The notes under the pieces were generated by a model. That model had not been told where the DNA came from. It saw nothing but the letters and a program-made list of their open reading frames with translations, and made no database searches. This document shows, piece after piece, positions 19,083 through 28,315 of a stretch of 64,000 nt of DNA. The DNA is taken from contig CAVVHG010000006.1 of the NCBI GenBank assembly GCA_963747985.1, positions 682,206-746,205 on the forward strand, written 5' to 3'. Each line of letters opens with the position of its first letter. Positions within the stretch are counted from its first letter, which is position 1. The stretch comes from an uncultured Acidobacteriota bacterium (GTDB lineage Bacteria > Acidobacteriota > UBA6911). The translations under genes and the position numbers were made by a program.

Positions 19083-19472
19083 TCAGCTGCTCGCAAGCTC
19101 CTGCAGGTACTCCTCGTACTCCTCGGCGCTGAGGAGTTCGTCGAGTTCGTCCGGATTGCTGACGCGCAATTTGATCATCCAGGCTTTCTGATGAGGTGAC
19201 TGGTTTACCAGTTCCGGTGTCTGCTCGAGCTTGCTGTTTACTTCGATGACCTCTCCGGCCAGCGGACAAAAAACCTCCGAGACGGCCTTTACTGACTCGA
19301 CGGATCCGAAGGGCTCACTGGCCTCGAACGTGTCGCCGACCTCCGGCAGATCCACGTAAACCACGTCACCCAGTTCCCGCTGGGCATACTCCGTGATTCC
19401 CACGGTTGCCAAGTCTCCCTGAACGTTCACCCACTCGTGATCTTTCGTGTAGAGATTTTCCTCGGGATACAT
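19083..19472 (-). CDS. gcvH: Glycine cleavage system H protein (lipoyl carrier).
   Basis: The protein reads MYPEENLYTKDHEWVNVQGDLATVGITEYAQRELGDVVYVDLPEVG...ESVKAVSEV and includes the lipoyl-lysine motif ESVKA. It is 129 aa. Confidence 0.9.
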   Translation of the reverse strand: MYPEENLYTKDHEWVNVQGDLATVGITEYAQRELGDVVYVDLPEVGDTFEASEPFGSVESVKAVSEVFCPLAGEVIEVNSKLEQTPELVNQSPHQKAWMIKLRVSNPDELDELLSAEEYEEYLQELASS

Positions 19473-19534
19473 TGCATCGGCCTCCGCTGACTGGATGAGT
19501 ATGGATCACGGCCCGGTCGGACAGGGCCTGACCG

Positions 19535-20641
19535 CTAGGCTGTTCTTGTCCTCTTGTAAAACGGTGTTGGCACTACACGGGCCCTCACCGGCTTGCCTCG
19601 AATGATGACTTCGAACTCGGTCCCGACAGGACACAATCCGATCGGCAGGTAGGCAAGTCCGATGTTCTTCTGCAAAAAAGGTGCGGGGCTTCCGCTCGTG
19701 ACCACTCCGAGGTCTTCACCGTCCTTCCGGATAGGGTAGTGGTCGCGCGCAATGCCCCGTTCGATCATTTCAAAGCCGATCAGCTTTCTCTTGAGTCCCT
19801 GCTCACGCTGCCGCATCAGCAACCCGCGTCCGATGAAGTCTCCCTTCTCCAGCCTGCAGATCCAGGCCAGGTCGGCCTCGAGAACCGTCGTGGTCTCATC
19901 GATGTCGTTGCCGTAAAGGGTCATCCTGGCTTCGAGTCGCAGGGTGTTGCGGGCGGCGAGCCCGGCGGCTTCGAGCCCCAGCGGCCTGCCTGATTCCCAG
20001 ATCTTCATCCAGACATCTGCTGCATGTGCCGGTGGCAGATAGACCTCGAACCCGTCCTCGCCGGTGTAGCCGGTGCGCGAGACGATTGCATCCACACCTG
20101 CGAACTTCCCTTCCGCGAACCAGTAGTATTTCATCGAGCCCAGGTCGATGCTCGTCAGGGGCTTCAGTATATCCAGCGCCTTCGGGCCCTGGATCGCCAG
20201 CTGGCTGAACTCGTCACTCCGGAATTTCACTTCCGTACCCGGCAGGGAGTTCTCGAGGATCCAGCGATAGTCCTTCTCCTGGTTTGAACAGTTGACACAC
20301 AGGAAGAAGTGATCCGGACCCATCCTGTGCACGAGGATGTCGTCCACGAAAGCACCGTTCGGCGTCGTCAAAGCCGAGTACTGGATCTGCCCGATTGCGA
20401 GCCGACTTGCGTCGTTGGAGGTCACTCGCTGGATCGTCCCCAGTGCATTTCTGCCGGTGATCTCGATCTCTCCCATGTGGCTCACGTCGAAAATGCCCGC
20501 GTGAGCTCTTACCGCCATGTGCTCCTGCAGTGGCCCGGCGTATTGAACCGGCATATCCCACCCTGCGAAATCCACCATGCGCGCACCCAGCTGCCTGTGG
20601 ATTTCCCAGAGGGCCGTCTTTTTCAGTTCTCCACGGTTCAC
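19535..20641 (-). CDS. gcvT: Aminomethyltransferase (glycine cleavage T protein).
   Basis: A 368-aa product: MNRGELKKTALWEIHRQLGARMVDFAGWDMPVQYAG... is the canonical GcvT N-terminus. The start codon is GTG. Confidence 0.9.
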   Translation of the reverse strand: MNRGELKKTALWEIHRQLGARMVDFAGWDMPVQYAGPLQEHMAVRAHAGIFDVSHMGEIEITGRNALGTIQRVTSNDASRLAIGQIQYSALTTPNGAFVDDILVHRMGPDHFFLCVNCSNQEKDYRWILENSLPGTEVKFRSDEFSQLAIQGPKALDILKPLTSIDLGSMKYYWFAEGKFAGVDAIVSRTGYTGEDGFEVYLPPAHAADVWMKIWESGRPLGLEAAGLAARNTLRLEARMTLYGNDIDETTTVLEADLAWICRLEKGDFIGRGLLMRQREQGLKRKLIGFEMIERGIARDHYPIRKDGEDLGVVTSGSPAPFLQKNIGLAYLPIGLCPVGTEFEVIIRGKPVRARVVPTPFYKRTRTA

Positions 20642-20967
20642 GAGATGAAACCTCTCGAGTTGGAAGATGCTGCGAATCTAACACCCGCTCCAGATCGAGT
20701 CAAGCTGATTGTCCCGCTCATAAGCAATGAAAATAATAGAGTTGCAGCTACGATTCCCCGGTGGATGAAATCGTGCCCAAGACCGGGGACCAGGTTCGCG
20801 AATCACTCGCCGGCACCTGAGCATAGGAAGCAGATTCCGGTGAAATGCGCAATCCTGCTGACTTGGACGATGCTGCCGGTCGATACCCCAGCGGCTTCGA
20901 GTCTATTTCGATCGAGAGAATAGCAGATCGGCGCGATCTGCTCCGATTCGCCCCCGGCGGCGACCCG

Positions 20968-21049
20968 GTGCCGGGCCTTCCGAATTCATCCCTGGCCTCG
21001 TCAACCACTGAGGTCCATTTCGAGGACCGAATTCCGAAGACCTGGCACC
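20968..21049. repeat. Second copy of the same palindromic element, in the gcvT 5' region and 3' of the DUF2911 gene.
   Basis: The right arm ccgaattccgaagacctggcacc (21027-21049) is identical over 23 nt to the right arm upstream of gcvP. The left arm ggtgccgggccttccgaattc (20968-20987) is a diverged copy. The loop differs in sequence from the first copy. Confidence 0.75.
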
Positions 21050-21083
21050 CTGAGATTTGAGGTTGAGTGGCCTGTCGCCGTTT

Positions 21084-21602
21084 CTACTGGATCTTGAAGT
21101 CGGCGGAGCAGCCCAGGGTGCCCCAGTTCAGGCTGAACGTACCCCCGTCAGCGGCTGGCTTGAGCTCAATCATCAGGACCTCGACCGGGCTCGTCAGGGT
21201 TTCCTTCTTCATCGGGACCGAAGCGACGTCCTTGGAAGCGTCGTGTTGCGTGCCCCACTGTCCCGTCTGGGAGTTGAATACCAGCTGGAAGGAATCGGCT
21301 GATTCGCGCTTCAGGGTCAGCGTGTAAGTCCCCTTGGCAATCCTGGTGCTACCGAAAACCAGATCAACCGGCGTCGTCAGTGTGGTCGCCGCATTGGAGC
21401 CCATTCTCCAAGACTGGCCCACTTCGAGCTTCGCCAGCATGTCGCGCCCCTTGAGCGCAGGCTGCCCGTAATCTACGGTGATCATGCCGGCGCCGGCCTT
21501 CATCTCCGCCTTGCCCCGGCTGCCCTGAGCAAGGGCACCGATGGTGAGAATCCCGCACATCAGAACGCAAATCACGATATTTCGTCTCATCCTGTGGTTC
21601 AT
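21084..21602 (-). CDS. Secreted DUF2911-family protein.
   Basis: The start was taken at MNHRMRRNIVICVLMCGILTIGALAQG (signal peptide), with GAGAGGA upstream. The body ITVDYGQPALKGRDM...VGQSWRMGSNAATTLTTPVDLVFGSTRIAKGTYTLTL matches the DUF2911 pattern. The long N-terminal extension in track ORF 21084..21791 is unlikely to be coding. Confidence 0.6.
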   Translation of the reverse strand: MNHRMRRNIVICVLMCGILTIGALAQGSRGKAEMKAGAGMITVDYGQPALKGRDMLAKLEVGQSWRMGSNAATTLTTPVDLVFGSTRIAKGTYTLTLKRESADSFQLVFNSQTGQWGTQHDASKDVASVPMKKETLTSPVEVLMIELKPAADGGTFSLNWGTLGCSADFKIQ

Positions 21603-21774
21603 AACATCCTCTCTCTCTGCCCGAATTTGTAAGGCCAATGTCCCCAAAGGATAGCAGGAGCGGCGCCTACTATCAAACCTGCGTGCCGGCTGAGCACGAT
21701 CACCGGCCGGTGTTTTGGCGATTGGCTCGATCATTGTTTTGTGAGAAGTTTGTCCTTCATTTCGGGAGCGAATC

Positions 21775-23061
21775 TTGTCCTTGACCCGCACGTCCTATAC
21801 CCAGCGGCACATATTCGTCTTCTGGCTGCCGCTGGCCGCGAGCTGGCTGCTGATGAGTGCGGAGGGCCCGATCCTTCAGGCTGTGATCGCGCGCCTGGGT
21901 GACATACAAACGCAGTTGGCTGCCTTCGGCATCGTGACCAGCCTCGAAATCGCCATCGAAAGCCCGGTGATCATGCTGCTGGCGACCAGTACGGCCCTTG
22001 CCACCAGCGGTCCTAACTACCGGGTACTGCGCCGTTTTGTGATCTGGCTCAACTCGCTGGTCACGATCGTGGCGATTCTGGTCGCGTTCACTCCGTTATT
22101 CAACCTCATCGTACGGCGGATCATGGGGATCCCCGGGCCGATAGCAGACGCCGCGCAACCCGGGTTGATGATTATGGTCGGGTGGTCGGCGGCGATCGGG
22201 TTCCGGCGATTCATCCAGGGTGTGCTCATCCGGCATGGCCAGACTCGCTGGGTAGGATACGGCACGGTATCACGCCTTTTTTCGAGCGCCGGCTCCGGGA
22301 TCATACTCGCCATCCTTACCACTTTGCCGGGTGTGTATATCGCCAGCATCGCGCTGATGGCAGGTGTTGTCACGGAAGCGCTGTTCGTGGCGTTTGTGGC
22401 GCGCGCGACGATCCGCCGGGTTCTGAACAAGCCTGCCTCGTCTTCCACCGACGTTGTCAGCTTCACTGACGTCCTGAGATTTCACACCCCGCTGGCTGCG
22501 ACTTCGCTCCTGACGCTGCTCGCGCAGCCCATCGTGGGGGCAGGACTCGCCCGTATGCCTCACCCCCGTGAGACGCTGGCGGCCTGGCCGGTAATATGGG
22601 GCATCCTGTTTATCTTCCGCAGCGCCGCATTCGCTTTGCCCGAGGCTGTGATCGCGCTGGTCTCGGATTACATCCACAGGGGGCCCGTGCGCAGGTTTTG
22701 CCGCACAGTGGGGATCGTATCATCAACCGCAATGCTCCTTCTTGCTGCGACTCCACTGGTCGGTTTTTACCTGCGCTACGTTGCCGGCATCCCTGATCTT
22801 CTGGCACGCTTCGTCGCGCCGGGGGTCCTGCTTTTTGTCCCCATGCCGTTCATCAACTCCGTTCACAGCTGGTATCGTGGGCTCCTGATGTCGGCACGAA
22901 ATACAGGCGTAATCTACTGGGGGATGGGGATCAACCTGGCCTTGACCGGCGCGCTGGTATGCGCGGGAGTACTCTTCCATCTACCGGGGATTGAAGTTGC
23001 CGTACTCTCGCTGGTTCTGGCACTGCTGGCAGAGTTGTATTATCTGCGGTGCAAAGCGTGA
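21775..23061 (+). CDS. Polytopic membrane protein, MATE/MOP-superfamily-like (about 12 TM).
   Basis: A 428-aa protein, hydrophobic throughout. The N-terminal pattern ...PILQAVIARLGDIQTQLAAFGIVTSLEIAIESP... resembles the MATE first repeat (LG..aLAA.g...s...). The family assignment is tentative. Confidence 0.4.
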   Translation: MSLTRTSYTQRHIFVFWLPLAASWLLMSAEGPILQAVIARLGDIQTQLAAFGIVTSLEIAIESPVIMLLATSTALATSGPNYRVLRRFVIWLNSLVTIVAILVAFTPLFNLIVRRIMGIPGPIADAAQPGLMIMVGWSAAIGFRRFIQGVLIRHGQTRWVGYGTVSRLFSSAGSGIILAILTTLPGVYIASIALMAGVVTEALFVAFVARATIRRVLNKPASSSTDVVSFTDVLRFHTPLAATSLLTLLAQPIVGAGLARMPHPRETLAAWPVIWGILFIFRSAAFALPEAVIALVSDYIHRGPVRRFCRTVGIVSSTAMLLLAATPLVGFYLRYVAGIPDLLARFVAPGVLLFVPMPFINSVHSWYRGLLMSARNTGVIYWGMGINLALTGALVCAGVLFHLPGIEVAVLSLVLALLAELYYLRCKA

Positions 23062-23195
23062 GGAGGAGGGTGCTCGAACGGCCGGGCCAGACAGGCACCC
23101 CTGGCAGTGGCACGGCGGGATCGACTCCGTTTCAGGAAACTGAGTGCACTGCGGTCTGCCCATCCCGGGATCTTTTTCAGAGAGGCCGAGCGCGT

Positions 23196-24200
23196 ATGCG
23201 ATTGTTCGAACTTGCCAGGAAGCTGATTGAGATTGAGTCGATCACCGGGAACGAGAAGCAGATCGCTTTTTACCTGCGCGATTACCTCTCCGATTCGGGC
23301 TACCGGGTTATGTTGCAGGAAGCGGCTCCGGAACGATACAACGTCCAGGCTTTCTCAGGTGATCCGGTGGTGGTTTTCACGACCCACCTCGATACAGTCC
23401 CACCGTACATCTCCTTTCGCGAAGACGATGAATTCATTTACGGGAGGGGCGCATGTGACGCCAAGGGAATCATCGCGGCCCAGATCGAGGCTGCCGAGCG
23501 CCTGCGTGCAGACGGTGAGAATCGCCTGGGATTGCTGTTCGTGGTCGGCGAGGAGCGCAACAGCGCCGGCGCGATTCTGGCCAACCGGCATCCATGCGGT
23601 TCGCAATTTCTCATCGACGGGGAGCCGACCGGGAACCGGCTGGCGTTCGCCTCCAAAGGATCGCTCCGTGTTGAACTGATCGCTCGTGGGAAATCCGCGC
23701 ATTCCGCCTATCCTGAGCAGGGCGAATCGGCGATTCTCAAGCTGCTGGACGTTCTCCAGGACCTGCGCCGCCTTGAATTACCCGCCGATCCCGAACTCGG
23801 GCGCTCCACCTGCAACATCGGCGTCCTCGAGGGCGGCACCAAGCCGAATGTGATCCCCGATTTCGCCCGTGCCGAGGTCATGTTCCGTTCGGTTGTGCCG
23901 CTCAGGGACCTGAAGCAAAGCGTGGAGTCGCTGGTCCGCGACCGTTGCGAGATCCATTACAGGTTCGAGGTCCCGATCGTGCGCATGGGCGTGATGGGCG
24001 GCTTTGAGACGACCGTTGTTTCCTTCGCGAGCGACGTCCCGTTTCTCGACCGCTGGGGCAAGCCCTTCCTCGTCGGTCCCGGGTCGATCCTGGACGCTCA
24101 CACCGACCACGAGCGTCTATCGAAGCGGGAGCTGGTGGCAGGCACCGACCTGTATGTCAGCCTCGCGCGCCGTTTGCTGGCCGGCGAAGAATCCTCATGA
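23196..24200 (+). CDS. M20-family metallopeptidase (ArgE/DapE/ACY1-like deacylase).
   Basis: ATG 23196 (MRLFELARKLIEIESITGNEKQIAFYL...) has AGAGG upstream. Metal-binding motifs are present: TTHLDTV, GRGACDAKG and GEERNSAG. Confidence 0.8.
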   Translation: MRLFELARKLIEIESITGNEKQIAFYLRDYLSDSGYRVMLQEAAPERYNVQAFSGDPVVVFTTHLDTVPPYISFREDDEFIYGRGACDAKGIIAAQIEAAERLRADGENRLGLLFVVGEERNSAGAILANRHPCGSQFLIDGEPTGNRLAFASKGSLRVELIARGKSAHSAYPEQGESAILKLLDVLQDLRRLELPADPELGRSTCNIGVLEGGTKPNVIPDFARAEVMFRSVVPLRDLKQSVESLVRDRCEIHYRFEVPIVRMGVMGGFETTVVSFASDVPFLDRWGKPFLVGPGSILDAHTDHERLSKRELVAGTDLYVSLARRLLAGEESS

Positions 24201-25208
24201 CACACCGAGCGAAGCGAGGGCCTCTGCCTGTGCCAGCAGGTTTTCGTGCGGCGTGCCGTCGGGTATTTCACACCCTGCAGCGTTGAAGGAGCGTTTGCCC
24301 CCGTCGCAGACGCATCCGAGCACTGATTCCCGGACCAGGGCGGGATTTCCCCTCAGCATGATGGCTACTGGATCGAAGTTCCCGCAGATGGCAGGGCCAT
24401 CCTCGCCGAAACAGGCTGTCGCGGTTCCCAGATCGACCATCCAGTCCAGGTCGACGATCTCCGCGCCGGTCTGAGACATAAGCGGCAGCAGTCGCGTCGT
24501 GTCGCCGCAGATGTGAAGGCGCGGGACGGCTCCCATTTCACACACTGCCTTGAAGATATTCTTCTCATGCGGGAGAGCGAACTCCTGGTACATCCGGGGT
24601 GAGACCTGCGAGGCAATGGCGTCTCCCAGGCCGATGATGTCGGCTCCGGCCTCAATCTGCGCCCGCGCGAATTCAATCTCCACGCCCGCGCACAACTCGA
24701 GGAGCTCGGCAACCCATTCTGGCCGATCATAGAGGTCGGTCATCAGGGCCATGTCCCCACGCAGCACGTTCGCCTCGGCCAGCGCGCCCTCCACCCATCC
24801 CATGACCGGAACCTCGCCCCCCAGTTTCTCCCGCATGTGGCGAATCCCTTCCAGCCGGTCGCTCATCCGCCGGCCGGAATGCGGATCCGGTGGTTTCAGC
24901 CGAGCCAGATCCGAAGGATCCAGAATGAGAGGGCGCTTGCGCAGAAGCAGTCCGTCCTCCGGATAGTCTATCTCCAGGCCCCAGTCTGCCGCTTCGCGAT
25001 ACGGGTCCGATATGGCCTGTGCGATGTCGAGTTTGAAAGCCTCGATGACCGCAAGGTTCGCTTCCGCAAGTACACGATAGTCCTGGTAGTAGCGGGAAAG
25101 GGGTAGACCGATGAAGTGGACCGCAAACGCCATGACAATGTCGAAGTTCGGCGGCCGATCGACGGCATCGCCGCGCAGCCGGTTCCGGAATCGCTCGTAT
25201 GAATTCAT
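24195..25208 (-). CDS. Uroporphyrinogen-decarboxylase (URO-D) family protein (MtaA/CmuA-like methyltransferase fold).
   Basis: The start was taken at MNSYERFRNRLRGDAVDRPPNFDIVMAF. The URO-D family shape is clear (...PVMGWVEGALAEAN...ICGDTTRLLPL...). It overlaps the 3' end of the M20 gene by about 6 nt, convergently. Confidence 0.75.
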   Translation of the reverse strand: MNSYERFRNRLRGDAVDRPPNFDIVMAFAVHFIGLPLSRYYQDYRVLAEANLAVIEAFKLDIAQAISDPYREAADWGLEIDYPEDGLLLRKRPLILDPSDLARLKPPDPHSGRRMSDRLEGIRHMREKLGGEVPVMGWVEGALAEANVLRGDMALMTDLYDRPEWVAELLELCAGVEIEFARAQIEAGADIIGLGDAIASQVSPRMYQEFALPHEKNIFKAVCEMGAVPRLHICGDTTRLLPLMSQTGAEIVDLDWMVDLGTATACFGEDGPAICGNFDPVAIMLRGNPALVRESVLGCVCDGGKRSFNAAGCEIPDGTPHENLLAQAEALASLGVS

Positions 25209-25347
25209 AGCCCTGTCATCCCCCCTCCTGGCGCGGCGGATTCCGCAGCCAGCGGTATGATGATCGACATGCCGGTCCGTGCGCAATCCCCTAAACCTGG
25301 ACTTGGACTTCTCCCAGGGCTTTGCGACAGTCGATCGAGGAGCGTCG

Positions 25348-25386
25348 GTCCAGGTCCAAGTCCACGTCCACGTCCAGGTCCAAGTA
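25348..25386. repeat. Tandem hexanucleotide array (GTCCAN) of about 6.5 units in the divergent intergenic region between the URO-D-family gene and the DegT aminotransferase gene.
   Basis: The array reads gtccag gtccaa gtccac gtccac gtccag gtccaa gta. An upstream segment cctggacttggactt (25296-25310) is its partial reverse complement, so the two could pair. Confidence 0.8.
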
Positions 25387-25487
25387 GAAAAAACTGATCG
25401 ATTCCGGGGCGGATGGTGGGAGAATCAGACTTCGGCATGGGCCGGAAACGAGGACACTGTTACTTAAATCCTGAGTGGAGTTGATCC

Positions 25488-26798
25488 ATGAGCGAAAAGA
25501 CACCCGAGACCCTGGCGATACACGGGGGCAAGCCCGTGCGATCGGAACCGTTACCGTTGGAATTTCCCGGCGTGCACCACATCGACGATCGCGAGATCGC
25601 GGCGGCCGTGCGGGTCCTCAAGTCACGGTCCCTGTTCCGATATTACGGAATCGACCTCCAGTCTGAAGTCGCGTCGTTCGAGCGCGAATTCGCACAATTC
25701 GTTGGAGCAAAGCATGCCGTGGCCGTCTCCAGCGGCACCGGCGCGTTGCATATCGCTCTCTCCGCGCTTGGAGTCGGCCCCGGGCAGGAAGTGATCGTGC
25801 CGGCGTATTTATGGGTTTCGGTCATCGCGGCGGTTGTGAATCACGGCGCGATCCCCGTGCTGGCCGACATCGACGACACCTTCTGCCTGAACCCGGCGGC
25901 GGTTGCCCGGCAGATCACCGGCAAGACGCGGGGCATCATAATGGCGCACATGAGCGGTGCTCCGGGCGATGTCCGGGCGGTGCGGGACCTGGCGCGCGAG
26001 CGCGGGCTTTTCCTGCTCGAGGATGGAGCACAGTGCGCGGGCGGGACAGTCACGGGTCAGAAGATCGGGACATTCGGCGACATCGGGATCTTCAGCTTTC
26101 AGATGAACAAGAACATGACCGCCGGCGAGGGTGGCGGCGTCGTCACCAACAATGACGACCTCGCACGGCGCATCATTGCGTGTCATGACCTTGGATACGC
26201 GCGGGATGAAAACGGGCGGTTGATCATGGACCGGCCTGACTTGCGCCTGTGGGGACTCGGCTACCGCCTCGACGAACTGCGCGCCGCGGTGCTTCGCGTA
26301 CAGCTCGAAAAGCTTCCCCGGACCACGGGAGCGATGCGCAACAGCAAGTACCGGATCCGGAAGGCGCTGGCAGCTCATCCCGAGGTGTCGCTGCGCCGCA
26401 TCCCTGATCCCGCAGGCGATACAGGCTGCTTCCTGATAACCACCTACAAGGATGCTCAGACGGCCCACCGCGTGAACACGGCGTTGCGTGCGGAGGGAAT
26501 CGTCACCTATCCCCAGGGTGTCTCGAACGTCCTGATGACGGATTGGGGGCTGCACCTCTACTACAACAACCTGAGCCTTGTGCATCATGCGTCGAACGAT
26601 CCATCCGGCGCCCCGTGGTCGCTTGCCGAAAACAAGGGCCTGGCGCGCAGCTATGCCAAGGGAACCTGCCCGGTGGCGGACGACCTGTTCGAGCGCAGCA
26701 TCCTGCTGGCCGTCCCGTCCAACCTGACCAGCCGGGACGAGGACGAAATCATCCGCGCCTTCGAGAAGGTCCTGACCGGGCTACTCAAGGACGCTTGA
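25488..26798 (+). CDS. DegT/DnrJ/EryC1/StrS-family PLP-dependent (amino)sugar aminotransferase (cytoplasmic, no signal peptide).
   Basis: The family core is ...FEREFAQFVGAKHAVAVSSGTGALHIALSALGVGPGQEVIVPAY...IFSFQMNKNMTAGEGG.... At 436 aa it resembles the longer scyllo-inosose/keto-sugar aminotransferases of this family. Confidence 0.85.
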   Translation: MSEKTPETLAIHGGKPVRSEPLPLEFPGVHHIDDREIAAAVRVLKSRSLFRYYGIDLQSEVASFEREFAQFVGAKHAVAVSSGTGALHIALSALGVGPGQEVIVPAYLWVSVIAAVVNHGAIPVLADIDDTFCLNPAAVARQITGKTRGIIMAHMSGAPGDVRAVRDLARERGLFLLEDGAQCAGGTVTGQKIGTFGDIGIFSFQMNKNMTAGEGGGVVTNNDDLARRIIACHDLGYARDENGRLIMDRPDLRLWGLGYRLDELRAAVLRVQLEKLPRTTGAMRNSKYRIRKALAAHPEVSLRRIPDPAGDTGCFLITTYKDAQTAHRVNTALRAEGIVTYPQGVSNVLMTDWGLHLYYNNLSLVHHASNDPSGAPWSLAENKGLARSYAKGTCPVADDLFERSILLAVPSNLTSRDEDEIIRAFEKVLTGLLKDA

Positions 26799-26890
26799 TT
26801 GCCAGATGCCCTTGGCCGGATCATGCGCGGACGTGAAGCCATCATTACACGAACTCAAACTGTGCAGGCAGTTCTGGAAGGAGACACAAG

Positions 26891-28240
26891 ATGGACAGTT
26901 ATGGAGTGAAGAAGGTTAATGCCGTTTCCCGGAGGGATTTCGTTAAGAAATCTTCACTAGCTCTCGGCAGCGCAGCCGTTACGCAATTCCCGTACGTGAT
27001 CACGACACATGCCGCTCCCGATGATCCGATTCGCGTGGGGGTCATCGGCTGCGGCGGCCGGGGTACAGGGGCCGCTCTCAACATCCTTCGCGCCAAGACC
27101 AGGGTCATCTATCCCAAGACAGGCTACCACACGGAAGATGCGGCAGGCGGTGCGCGAGCGCAGGCTCAGAACGTAAATGTCGTAGCGCTCGCGGATCTCT
27201 TCAGGGACCGTCTCGACTCCTGCCGTGAGCAGCTGAAAAAAGTGGAAATGGATATCCCCGATGATCATTGCTTCGTCGGATTCGACGCCTGCAGGAATCT
27301 GCTCGCGCTTCCGGAGATTAACTACGTGATCCTGGCCGGGCCCCCTCAATTCCGTCCCGCCCACCTGCGGGCCGCCGTTGAGGCCGGCAAGCACGTATTC
27401 GCGGAAAAGCCCCTGGCGATAGACGGGCCCGGCGTCCGCTCGGTCATCGAAACCGGCGAGATCGCGAAGCGCAAAAACCTGGGTATCGTGGCCGGCACCC
27501 AGCGGCGCCATCAGCTCAACTACGTCGAGACCGTGAAGCGCCTCAGGGACGGCGCGATCGGCGAGATCATCGAATGCCGCGCTTATTGGAACGGGGGAAC
27601 CATCTGGGTCATCGCTCCGCAGCCGGGTTGGACCGACATGGAGTGGCAGCTGCGCAACTGGAACTACTTCACGTGGCTTTCGGGCGATCACATCGTTGAA
27701 CAGCACGTTCACAATCTGGACGTCATCAACTGGATCGTCGGTCAGCATCCGGTCAAGGCCGCCGCGCTCGGCGGACGGCAGGCGCGCATAGGCCGTGAAT
27801 TCGGGAACATCTACGATCATTTCGCAGTGGAGTTCGAATACGCGAACGGCATGCGCCTTTTCAGCCAGTGCCGGCAGATGGACGGTTGCACGAACCTCGT
27901 CGGTGAAGGATTGCTTGGGACCAAGGGCACCAGCAACTGCGTCAACCGGATCATGACAACAAGCGAGTGGCGTTACGATGGGAAGAACCCGGACCCTTAC
28001 GAGCAGGAGCACATCGACCTGATCGACAGCATCCGCGCAGGACAGCCCATCAATGAGGCGCAATCCGTCGCGGAAAGCACCCTGATGGGGATCATGGGAC
28101 GCGTTTCGGCCTACAGCGGCCAGACCGTTACCTGGGACCAGGTCCTGAACTCCAAACAGGATTTCACGCCCGCGAAGTGGGAATTCGGACCGGTGCCGTT
28201 TCCGGAGGTGGCAATTCCGGGCAAATACAAGTTCGAGTAG
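26891..28240 (+). CDS. Tat-exported Gfo/Idh/MocA-family oxidoreductase (GH109-like/inositol-dehydrogenase-like).
   Basis: The Tat signal is MDSYGVKKVNAVSRRDFVKKSSLALGSAAVTQFP. It is followed by IRVGVIGCGGRGTGA (Rossmann) and the typical EKP motif (FAEKPLA). Length is 449 aa. Confidence 0.85.
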   Translation: MDSYGVKKVNAVSRRDFVKKSSLALGSAAVTQFPYVITTHAAPDDPIRVGVIGCGGRGTGAALNILRAKTRVIYPKTGYHTEDAAGGARAQAQNVNVVALADLFRDRLDSCREQLKKVEMDIPDDHCFVGFDACRNLLALPEINYVILAGPPQFRPAHLRAAVEAGKHVFAEKPLAIDGPGVRSVIETGEIAKRKNLGIVAGTQRRHQLNYVETVKRLRDGAIGEIIECRAYWNGGTIWVIAPQPGWTDMEWQLRNWNYFTWLSGDHIVEQHVHNLDVINWIVGQHPVKAAALGGRQARIGREFGNIYDHFAVEFEYANGMRLFSQCRQMDGCTNLVGEGLLGTKGTSNCVNRIMTTSEWRYDGKNPDPYEQEHIDLIDSIRAGQPINEAQSVAESTLMGIMGRVSAYSGQTVTWDQVLNSKQDFTPAKWEFGPVPFPEVAIPGKYKFE

Positions 28241-28315
28241 CCTTTCACAAGCGAAAAGGTGCGGATGCGCTTCCGGGTGGATCCGCATCTTCGTGGCAGG
28301 ACTCAGGGGGACACT

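Noticed and set aside
20642-21083. Looked for a glycine riboswitch (tandem aptamers with GGAGAG / ACCGAAGGGGCAA / CUCAGGC cores) in the gcvT leader, and likewise at 15907-16117 before gcvP.
   Set aside because: Only scattered partial matches occur (for example caccggaa…ctcaggtgcc). There are no paired P1/P3 cores in the right order. A computational covariance-model search is still needed.
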